In this document: positions 43,265-52,867 of the stretch, piece by piece
Layout: the number at the start of each line of letters is the position of its first letter
Position numbering within the stretch: the first letter of the stretch is position 1
NCBI GenBank assembly: GCA_963663405.2
Contig: CAXXSM010000142.1
Location: forward strand, 32,001-96,000
DNA: 64,000 bases
Direction of reading: 5' to 3'
From: a bacterium
GTDB lineage: Bacteria > Hinthialibacterota > Hinthialibacteria > Hinthialibacterales > Hinthialibacteraceae
Made by a program: the position numbers and the translations under genes
Notes under the pieces: generated by a model
The model's database searches: none
What the model was told of the DNA's origin: nothing
Seen by the model: the letters and a program-made list of their open reading frames with translations, nothing else

Positions 43265-43666
43265 CTTTGCTGTGCTTAATCCGTATCGCGGAATTTCACT
43301 ATCTTGACCGATTGAGAGCATGATGGAGATATGCGAAGCGGTGATGATCCTCAAGCAGAAATTCATTACCTTAAACACCCTGGATCAGGCGCTTGGTGAA
43401 TTCGTCTCACCGATGCGCTTGATTTTTGTAAATCTCGACCGGATATGAAGGTTGATGACTTGGATAATGAATACTATTTTCTTCTCGTAGTGGAAGCAAA
43501 CGGGCAGAACTATATCCCAATCAAAGACAAGCATCGAGATATATTTTCGGGAATAGACGTTGTCTATCATCACGGCGATTATCCAAAAATCGTTTGTATT
43601 TCTAATATGCGGGAGATTCTACAATCAACATTGGCGGTTTGTAGGGAAAGAACGATTAGCGAGTGA
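43224..43666 (+). pseudogene. Dispersed repeat copy B and degenerate ORF relic
   Basis: Matches 37790-37901; reads WISGADRTIFQNID, then DDPQAEI...W*...MKVDDLD in one frame with one internal stop. Confidence 0.5.
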
Positions 43667-43747
43667 AAAAGAATTTCCACCTTTATTACGCGTTCTCATA
43701 GTAACAATGTTTCCACGATTATAAGTAGTTGAATCTTCCCATAACTG

Positions 43748-46574
43748 TCATGGTTTTCCCTTTATTGGCTCGCCCCAGTTAATCATTGTAATTTGCGCGC
43801 GGGCGCTTGGTTGTAGTTGATTCTCCCATTCGAATTGAATCTGATTCATCCCGTGATTCATCTCAGGTATATCACCCTCCGGTTTGATTTCTCGGATCAA
43901 GGCGCCATCTTGACCGTGAAAGTCTGCAGTCTGACATGGAATAAAATTCCAGGTATTGACCGGATTCCATTTCAACAGGGGAAAACAATTTTCTTTCCAT
44001 CGATGGTAAGAGTAGGTCTTTTCAGTTGAAATGGTCACTAATGGCAATGCTTTCACAGGTCCTATCCTACAATTTACATGTTTGTCAATGGAATATTGTT
44101 GAGCCATAGATCAAATGTTCCTAAATGATTGTAATTAACACGCTCACGGTACATCGAGTACATCGATCCATACGGCCATTTAAAACTGGCTATAGCGCAC
44201 GGATTCTGTCTCGATCAATTCTACATACCGCCAGCCGGTGAAATTGACATCCACATAGTGATCACCAATCCCGTGGCTGATATGATCGGGGCTTCGCAGC
44301 TGAAAATTCAGAATTTCTCCCTGTCCATCGCCATGAATCCAGGCGCCAATAGCTTTTTCTTCATGGAGATTCAACGGAGATTGAAAGGTTTTTTCCTATT
44401 CTTGACCAGGCCGCCTTTGCGTCTTTCTGACCTTCATTGTGCACGGTCACATGAAGGCTATTTTCATTGTATTTCGTATCACTCTTCGTTATTTCAGACG
44501 TCATCTGCACACCATTCGCAGTCGTCGAATCGAGGGATTCTTCCTCATTCGTATAATCCAGTAGAATGACACTTTCTTCGGAATCATAAGGCGCCGCTGA
44601 CATAAGGATTTCAATACGCGCTTTCAACGGTTGTGTTTGAAATGGATTTGTAGCAGCCCCAGATGTAAGCGCCGTGTTGATTGGTTTCCATTTTATGCTT
44701 ATCGTAATGCGCTCGATAAAACCGGCTTTCCCCATCCGGCTCTTTCACGAGCGTAAATTCATCCCATGGAACACGCAGTTTTTCTTTGACGCGTTCGTCA
44801 AAATAGTTGGAATGGCGAAGCGATTCGTATTGGCGCATAATATCGGCGGGACGTTGATAGGCGGGATTGGCTATGTTGCCCGGATTGATTCCCATAATGG
44901 AAAATCCCACATCATATCCAATACACTTGCAGCAAAGATATTCGATGTCGTCCGTGAATGTCGGTTCCCCTTGGATGCCGGTCCATGTCTTGATCGCCCA
45001 CCATCCCAAATGTCCAGGAAGAAACATCCGCCGTAGGAGATTGGTTGGCCTCGCAGTGAATGTCAATGAACCGCTTATGTCCCCGTGTTGGATGATCCCA
45101 CGCGCCCATGCGGGAACGGACATACCAGAGGTGATGATGAAACGTGCTCATTTCCATCAGCGCCGGCTTGTTGAGACGGGAAACCAACTCGAATACAAAT
45201 TTGGAGCCATAATGCCAACCGTTTTCCGCGCCGCCGAGTATGTCCTCTCCATCCAGAGCGTCCAGGTAGATCATATCAAAACCGCATTCGTTGTACATTT
45301 CGGCGTTTCGCGCCGCCACTTCGGTAAGCAGTGTGGAATCCGCATCAGGAACAAACAAACCAAAACACTCTTTGAGATGATGGACTTTGGAATCTGCCGT
45401 GTGGATGGATTTTTGTGTCCCATAGGCGCCCCGTTCGCAGTCAAGAAATGCGAAGGGAGGTTCTCTTGTTGATATTCTTATAAATGATCAGCTCATCATC
45501 AATTTGGAGGGTGACCACTATTGCGCACAAAAAAGCCAGTAGTTGTTGACATACTCCTTTGTTGATTCAAGCACAGGAATATGTGTAGCGTCCAATGGCA
45601 AGTCATGCGCTAATGTAAGTGTTTTATCTTTCGCCAATCGGGAATCTGGAACGGGCGTCACCCAGGGGCATTTTTTATCAATAAAAAACGCGTAGGTATG
45701 TAAACCAGCGTAGATCCCCGCTTCGTGCAATTTATCAATAACCGCCTTTAGACTTTTTCGGCCTTGGGGATATGTTTTTGGATTGGGTTCGCAATCGCCA
45801 AACCGGAAGGACCGGCCTCCATGAAAGTCGATCTGGTTGATCCCAAGGCGTTTCGCTAAAGTAATCCATCTCGTCTACCGCCTCTTCGGAAAGATCACTG
45901 AAATTGAACAGGTATGAGCCTTGATTGATCGTTGCGTCCATCGCCCAGGGACCACCGATTGGAAGAGTGGGGCAACTCTTTACTCTGACTGACAACCGCT
46001 TGCATGATCGGCCGTAATTGATCGTGAGGACAGCCAATCAAGGCCATCTCAGCGCCTTCCATCCCGAATCGTGGATAGCAAATCGCGTGGACTCGTTCGT
46101 TGGCCTGCGGCAATTCCGGCACATTGGTTTGAAGATTCAGCGCTAATTGCGCAGCCTGCGAATGTTCCGGAATTCAACGCGAGATCAATAAACGTTAGTG
46201 AATCGATTCCTTCCCCCTTTATCGTCTTAACTCGAAAAAAGGAAGTATCTTTCACATTGCGTCACTTGGATCGCTGCGCTTACATCCGCAGGACCGAAAT
46301 CGATGGTTAGAGTCTTCCCGTCAAAAGAGATCGCTTTCGCTCCGTAGGTTTGACCGTTCTTTTGCACGGAAGCGCACGTGGGAACGGAATCCTGATGGCA
46401 AAAGTCTTCACCTGTCCGTCGATCCATAAAATGTAAATTGCGCCCATCTTCCGAAATGACATAGCGGACATAGTCGTTCTCAAACGTTATGGTCTCCGCG
46501 CTTGAAATCATAGATGCAAAGATACAAATAAATCCAGTTAATAAACTAACTTTTTCTCTTCTTAATCTTTTCAT
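43748..46574 (-). pseudogene. Large secreted glycoside-hydrolase-like protein split into about 10 frames
   Basis: Signal peptide; consecutive fragments LHEAGIYAGLHTY, GFDMIYLDALDG, FLPGHLGWW, IGAWIHGDGQGE..VNFTGWRY. Confidence 0.7.
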
Positions 46575-46591
46575 TTTTTTTTCTCACAAAT

Positions 46592-48085
46592 TTATTGAAT
46601 CCAAATCGCGAATACTCTCGCGTTTTTCAATGTGATTCGCAATTGGATTGGAGTATTGATATCGTTAAGATTCCCTTGCTCCCATTCCACAAGGATGTCT
46701 ACACGATCCGAACGAATTGGTTTTGATTTAGCAATACAATCGCCGCTGGGATTGAATGCTTCAATAGTAATCTCACCAAAATCTGATTTTGCATTGATAT
46801 GCAAATCATCGCCATGTAAGGTTAGTGGTTTTGTCACTATTTTTCCACTATCAAAAGAAGCGGAGAGTGAAACGAAACGATCCCGCTTGATCGCGGCAAA
46901 ACCAATACCTCCACCCGATTCCCCCTTATCCTTTCCATGGTAGGGACTGTGGCGATACGTTCGACCGCTGTAGTAGAACCGTAATTTGTCGCCATCTTCA
47001 ATAGGAGGATTATTGGCCACGGACGTGTTGAAACGATCCCATTCGCCAACTGGTCCTAGAGGTATAAACGGCTTCCGGTTCCCAACTCGCTGGAAAGTCA
47101 CACCGTCACGGCTTACCGCAAGTTGGATGTCAAGAGAACAAGCGTCCGGCTGATTATGGAAGACTTGAACCAAACCGATAGTAACGCTCCCGTAGGGGAA
47201 CACATGCATCGAATAAATCTCCGTTCCCGGTGGATCATGAATGTCGGGAGCCATAGCGATAGGCGCTTGGCCTGGATCTTTGATTTTCCAATTTAAGAAA
47301 TCGCTGGATTCCACACGAGCAGACGCGCGGCCCCAGAAATAGCGATCGACCCAGTCATTCTTCGGCCATGCGTCCAGAAGGCCGGGAGGAACAAATTTCG
47401 TTCTGCCAAAGAGAACGTGACATTGCATTCTTGGATCAAACATCCAATATGTTCCCCCATCGCAAATGGCCTCTGTCGCCCAATTGTCATGAAGCCGCCA
47501 ATGAATTCCATCCGCGCTAAGCGCCACGCCGAATCCACGCTGGCTTCCCCGGTGATACGGATCTTCACGAGGGCCTTTGTAATCCCGTTGTATGCTCAAG
47601 AATCCCATTTTGTACCGGCTCAAAGGATCGAGTTCACGAGAATCTTTAAACACGCCAAACAGTTCGTAAAAGAATGGAATATTGTTGGCTTCCCCCTCTT
47701 TCGCGTTACGTGAAATCACAATGTTGGTTGGACTATCATCGACCTCGACGATACCCAGCTGGGGTTTTTTCCATACGATTCCATCATCACTCTCCGCATA
47801 AAGCACACCTGGCGATCCATAGTACCACATCCGGTATGCGCCGTTGTCTTTGATTACGGAACCATAAAGAAGCGCGACATTCCCTTCCCAATCTTTGTCT
47901 GGCCAAAGGATTGGATTACTAGAATATTTTTCAGCCGGGTGAATCTCTCGTGTAATATTTTCAGTTGATTCGATCAGGTAATCATCCAGAAACAATTGCT
48001 TTGTATCATTAAATACAATCGCAGAATCCTCGATTCCAGAAAGAAGGCAAAAAAAGATAACCAATGGATATGACGCCATATTCAT
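46592..48085 (-). CDS. Five-bladed beta-propeller glycoside hydrolase-like protein (GH32/43-like)
   Basis: QLFLDDYLI, YRMWY, YAESDDGIVWKKP, SADGIHW, QLAVSRDG, RFYYSG, RDRFVSL. Confidence 0.75.
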   Translation of the reverse strand: MNMASYPLVIFFCLLSGIEDSAIVFNDTKQLFLDDYLIESTENITREIHPAEKYSSNPILWPDKDWEGNVALLYGSVIKDNGAYRMWYYGSPGVLYAESDDGIVWKKPQLGIVEVDDSPTNIVISRNAKEGEANNIPFFYELFGVFKDSRELDPLSRYKMGFLSIQRDYKGPREDPYHRGSQRGFGVALSADGIHWRLHDNWATEAICDGGTYWMFDPRMQCHVLFGRTKFVPPGLLDAWPKNDWVDRYFWGRASARVESSDFLNWKIKDPGQAPIAMAPDIHDPPGTEIYSMHVFPYGSVTIGLVQVFHNQPDACSLDIQLAVSRDGVTFQRVGNRKPFIPLGPVGEWDRFNTSVANNPPIEDGDKLRFYYSGRTYRHSPYHGKDKGESGGGIGFAAIKRDRFVSLSASFDSGKIVTKPLTLHGDDLHINAKSDFGEITIEAFNPSGDCIAKSKPIRSDRVDILVEWEQGNLNDINTPIQLRITLKNARVFAIWIQ

Positions 48086-48510
48086 ACTCCCCCTTTGTTC
48101 CGATTATTCTTCACTTTCGATCTTCATTCGCTGTTGTTTCATCGATAAATCCATAGTAACACGTGCGCCAGTAGGCGTCGATGAAGGAGGCGCCTCCTAA
48201 TACGCGACGTGTATTCTGAGAGTTTCGTTGAATTCGTCCGTTCCGCATAGGTCTCCCCATGTAAATCGATCGATCTCACGCGCTCGGAAACGTATGGTTA
48301 ATGTTCGCAACACATACAACTCAATACGAGTCGTACGTTGATAGAGGAATGATATCTTGAGTTTCCGAAGAAATTGCTTGACAGACAATGATCGATGATG
48401 AGAAAATCAGACAAGAATTACGTATTCTGATTTCGATTAACGCTATCAACGCAACTTGGTTTCCTGCGATAAACGAAAACATGGTATGAAAGATTAGTGA
48501 GACTGAAACA

Positions 48511-49083
48511 ATGAGACACGGACGGGGATTCACGTTAATTGAATTATTGATTGTCGTTGCAATCATTGGGATCCTAGCGGCGATTGCGGTACCTAACTTT
48601 TTGAACGCCCAAATACGCGCCAAACTCGCCAAGACCGAAGCGGATATGAAGTCATTGGAAACGGCGATTGAGTCCTATAAAATCGATACCAATCAGTATA
48701 TTGGCCCTTTTCAATTGTATCGGCTAACGGCTCCGCTTTCCTATATTAGTTCGATCCCAGAAGATCCGTTCGGCCCGATTATCGAAACGGATGTCGGTTA
48801 TAACACCATCCTGAATGCTTATGGAATACCCATCAAGAAATTCTACATTTACCACGGACCGCCAACCTTTGATACAAATCCAAAAATGATACGCCTCAAT
48901 ATCAAATGGGTGCTGACCGGCCTTGGACCTGATAAGGGATGGTTTGATGGTTCATCCCCGTCTTCATCTTACCCTCGCTATGACGCCTCCAACGGCTTGG
49001 TTTCTCGAGGCAATTTCGAACGAGTCGGCCCGGGGAACATTCCCCAAACGACTTTTCGCAGCGCGTGGGATAGCAGTCAATAA
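48511..49083 (+). CDS. Prepilin-type N-methylation protein, paralogue 4
   Basis: G|FTLIELLIVVAIIGILAAIAVPNFL; LTAP, LGPD, YDASNG..S.GN. Confidence 0.9.
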   Translation: MRHGRGFTLIELLIVVAIIGILAAIAVPNFLNAQIRAKLAKTEADMKSLETAIESYKIDTNQYIGPFQLYRLTAPLSYISSIPEDPFGPIIETDVGYNTILNAYGIPIKKFYIYHGPPTFDTNPKMIRLNIKWVLTGLGPDKGWFDGSSPSSSYPRYDASNGLVSRGNFERVGPGNIPQTTFRSAWDSSQ

Positions 49084-49102
49084 TAGAAAGGAGTAATAAG
49101 TT

Positions 49103-50542
49103 ATGTGTACACATTGCACTCGCCGGCAGCTTATTGGGGGTGGAACGGTGAGCGGAATAGCGCTCGCAATAGGCCATTTGCCGGCTAATAGTGAGGCGCC
49201 GAGCGAGGGGGGATCGAAAGTCCGTATTTGCGTTATCATTGCCGGCAATCCGGGGGAACGCAGTTGGTGCCCGTCGGAAGCGGAAATCACGGCTGCGCGG
49301 TCGCGTCTGGCAGAGGCTGAGAAGAACCTTGGCAACGTGGAGTTCGTTATCGGCCAGGCGAACAACGTCGAGCAGACCGCCAAGTTGCTGACCAAAGCAG
49401 GTCCCGATGCTCCCGTGTTGGTAATCAGCGCAGACATCTTTGGTCCTAAAAGTGTTATGCCGGCCATCTTTCAACAGCGGCGGCCGGTAGCCTTGTTTCA
49501 TCTCCCTGTTGTTGGCGGACATGACTGGTGTCTGGTAAAACCGTGGCGTGAGGAGGGAAACAGGATCACGCTTTTCAATACCACCGACTACGACGAACTG
49601 GAACGGGCGGCGGCGCTGCTAAGGGTCATACCGCTGTTGCGGCGAAGCCGTGTGCTTGTATCTCCTCCGTTCAAAGGCACTCCCGAATCCTACGCGCCGG
49701 AAACGGTGAATGAGCGGTTGGGAGTTGAAATCATCCAGATCGCCGATGGACGTTATGATCAGATTATGGAGAAGGTGGACGCAAGCGCCGTGGAGGCTGA
49801 GGCGAAGGTGTGGCTCGACGAGGCGAAACGTATCGTCGAACCGAACCGGGAGGATGTGGTCAAAGCCGCCAGAGCGAGCCTGACACTGGACCAGTTGATC
49901 GCAGAAAACCGCGCTGATGGATTATGCGTCGGGACGTGCATGAGCTGGCTAAATCGCGGATTTCCGTGTCTGGGATTTTCACGCCTTAACGACCGGGGAA
50001 TCCCCGCCGCTTGCGACGGAGATATGGACTGCCTGCTTACTATGCTGATATTCCAACACGCTCTGAACCGGGCCGGTTTCCTGGGCAACGCGGCGGGCGT
50101 GGATACGTCCAAGAACGCGTTTCACCTCTCCCATTGCTCGGCCCCACTTCGGATGGAAGGTCCTGAGAGCCCCAGGTCCCCCTACCTGCTTCGCCGGCAT
50201 GCGGAGGTCCGTGGCGGCGCGGTGACCGAGGTTCATTATCGCATCGGACAGGAAGTTACATTTACCAAGCTGGTTCATCTTGACACCTTGTTGATGTTTA
50301 CAGGTAAGATCATTGAGGTTCCGAAGGTTCCCAAAGGCAAGGAACGAGGCTGCCGAACGGAAATCGTTGCCGAGGTGAAGGACGCGGAGAAACTACTGGC
50401 CAACTGGGGTGGTGGAGCGCTGGGGGCAAGCGCCAATGACTATTATGCCTCTTTGCATCGGGTGGCCTACTACGGCGACCACACTCAGACGATCCGCCAC
50501 CTAGCGCACCTGACAGGATTGAAGGTCATAGAGGAAGTATGA
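49103..50542 (+). CDS. L-fucose/L-arabinose isomerase-like protein with Tat-like signal
   Basis: AAGGAG RBS; TRRQLI; PCLGFSRLNDRGIPAACDGD, HCSAP, GCRT, HRVAYYGD. Confidence 0.72.
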   Translation: MCTHCTRRQLIGGGTVSGIALAIGHLPANSEAPSEGGSKVRICVIIAGNPGERSWCPSEAEITAARSRLAEAEKNLGNVEFVIGQANNVEQTAKLLTKAGPDAPVLVISADIFGPKSVMPAIFQQRRPVALFHLPVVGGHDWCLVKPWREEGNRITLFNTTDYDELERAAALLRVIPLLRRSRVLVSPPFKGTPESYAPETVNERLGVEIIQIADGRYDQIMEKVDASAVEAEAKVWLDEAKRIVEPNREDVVKAARASLTLDQLIAENRADGLCVGTCMSWLNRGFPCLGFSRLNDRGIPAACDGDMDCLLTMLIFQHALNRAGFLGNAAGVDTSKNAFHLSHCSAPLRMEGPESPRSPYLLRRHAEVRGGAVTEVHYRIGQEVTFTKLVHLDTLLMFTGKIIEVPKVPKGKERGCRTEIVAEVKDAEKLLANWGGGALGASANDYYASLHRVAYYGDHTQTIRHLAHLTGLKVIEEV

Positions 50543-51163
50543 CCGAACAAGACAATGGAGCTTGTTGATCCTGTCAACGTTATATCAACCTGCAATACCA
50601 TTTTCACGACCAACCATCCGCTTTAGCCCACAAATTTGATTGCCTTCTCTCCACCATAGGAACAGATGAAAGCCTTCAAAATTTAATAAAACATTTCTAA
50701 CTGGTTTCATCAAATCTAAAAAACTGAAAAATCTCTTTTTCCAATCGGTATTATGTGTCCTGATCCAAGCCGGACAGGCGCCATGGCGCGCAAGGTATTG
50801 TTATGGAACGTAGACGATATGAAAGACACTATTCATGTGCAATATGGGGCAAAGGTGATTCCCGTCATGCTGGATAGATTGGTCTCGTCCTTGATCATGT
50901 TGGCTTAGCCAGAGTGTTTATAAAAAAACAGTAAAAAATCGCTCACTGCGCGCTGTCGATTCAGGGAATTTCATCGTCTGAACGCGCGAGTGTTTTTGCG
51001 ATTCGGTATAAAAAATAATCGTACATTTTGGGGATGGTTGCTAGACCAAGGTCGCATAGGTATGGTACTATGACCATGTTGATAAAAAAGTAATCGTTCC
51101 ATCATTTCAAGTAAGATTTGATCAGTGATTATTCAACGACGATTCCGAAAAGGAAAAATAACG

Positions 51164-52786
51164 ATGAGAAGAACAAGAACAAATTCAATCAGTGTCCTTG
51201 TGGTTATGGTGTTTCTGTTCGGGACGGTTTCCAGTTTCGCGCAAGTGGGAATTTTCGATGACAACGTGGATATCGGCGATGTAGGCGCTCCTGGATCCTC
51301 TGATTTTCGAAACTCGGAGTACGAACTTTCCGGCAGCGGCGCGGGGATCGGCGACGCAACGGATAACTTCCATTTTCTATATAAAGAGATGAGCGGACCG
51401 TTTATACTCTCTTCCGCATGGGTCGATGTGAACCCTTATGAAAGTGGAAGCCAGGAAGTGAAAGCGGCTTTGATGGTTCGCGATTCGCTCGATACGGGCG
51501 CCGTTCATTTCGATATGTTTGTCCGCAACGACGGTCAGGTGGACACGGAATGGCGCGAAACCACGGATGGGCCGTTGGATCGAACCTCGAACTATCATTG
51601 GCGGCACGAACTGATTCCCTTCGAGGTCCAGGACGGAATCCAGATCGTCCGCCTGGGCAACACATTGATGAGCTACTACATCGATTACGAAACCGGCCAA
51701 CCGGTGTTGCACGAAACCCGACAGATGGAAAACCTGTCCGATCCCGTTTATGTTGGGTTGGCGGTAACCTCCAACGAATGGGATCATTTATCGTTTGGAT
51801 ACTTTTCCAACGTTAAATTGACGGAGATTCCCTTTTTCGCTCAGCGAACCGTTCCCCAAATCATTTATACGGGAGGAACCTCCATTACCGGGATTAAAAT
51901 TACTATAGATGGATTGGTCGATCCCACGACGACGGCGACGGTGGAAGAAAGTATTCCGGCGGGAGTCACGGTGGATACTATCCAAACCACTGTGGGAAGC
52001 GCCGCTGTTTCCGGAGATAAAATCGTCTGGAATATCGGGAATGAAACGGGGTCCGCGGAAATGACCTACGATCTCGTGATCCCCAAACCGGGCGCTCCCT
52101 TGATTTGTATACTGTCCGGCAGTGTGACCAAAGGAAGCGAAACGGTGAATCTAAAGAATATGACTCTGAAGCACGCGATTGGTTTGGGGCCGGATTGGAA
52201 GATCGGAGCGAATGGTATTTGGGCGGTTGTTGATGGAGTGTTGAAACATTACGCCGATACCGGGCTCGATCCGAAACACATTTGGATCGAGAAAGATTTC
52301 GGTCAGGATTACACCATTCGCGCCGATGTTATGATGACAAGTTGGACGGATGACGACCTGTCCCGCTCCGGAGTGATGATCCGCTGCAATCCTGAAGCCG
52401 ACAGCAACGGATCACGCGAGATGGCGCTGAACCTAATGTTCCACGATGATCTCAACAGTGTGGATATGCTCAATGACCATATCGAGTGGACTTCACGGAG
52501 CGATTACGCCTGGGAAATGAATCAATGGTACACAATGACTCTTACCGGAGAGGGGACGCTGGTGACTGGAACTATCGTGAAAAAAGGCAGCGATGACGTA
52601 TTCGAATTAGCGCCCTGGGATAAACCGTCTAACAGTGAACGCGTAGGATATCCGGGACTGGCGGGCAGCACTCAAATCGGATTGACATCACAATTCGATA
52701 ATGTCGAGATCATTGTCGGCGGTGAAGTGGTATTTTCCGATCAATTTGATGAAATCACCGGTGTGGCGGATTGGTCCGTTTATTAA
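51164..52786 (+). CDS. Secreted multidomain protein (concanavalin-like, Ig-like and DUF1080-like domains)
   Basis: Signal peptide ending SSFA-Q; VGIFD..DIG, DNFHFLY, KAALMVR, YVGLAVTS; ends GVADWSVY. Confidence 0.78.
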   Translation: MRRTRTNSISVLVVMVFLFGTVSSFAQVGIFDDNVDIGDVGAPGSSDFRNSEYELSGSGAGIGDATDNFHFLYKEMSGPFILSSAWVDVNPYESGSQEVKAALMVRDSLDTGAVHFDMFVRNDGQVDTEWRETTDGPLDRTSNYHWRHELIPFEVQDGIQIVRLGNTLMSYYIDYETGQPVLHETRQMENLSDPVYVGLAVTSNEWDHLSFGYFSNVKLTEIPFFAQRTVPQIIYTGGTSITGIKITIDGLVDPTTTATVEESIPAGVTVDTIQTTVGSAAVSGDKIVWNIGNETGSAEMTYDLVIPKPGAPLICILSGSVTKGSETVNLKNMTLKHAIGLGPDWKIGANGIWAVVDGVLKHYADTGLDPKHIWIEKDFGQDYTIRADVMMTSWTDDDLSRSGVMIRCNPEADSNGSREMALNLMFHDDLNSVDMLNDHIEWTSRSDYAWEMNQWYTMTLTGEGTLVTGTIVKKGSDDVFELAPWDKPSNSERVGYPGLAGSTQIGLTSQFDNVEIIVGGEVVFSDQFDEITGVADWSVY

Positions 52787-52867
52787 ACTCTGGAATCGGG
52801 AATTCTCCAGAAAATAAAACAAGACGCGCTCTTGTCGAGGGGCTATCCCCTCGGACCACAACGTCAC

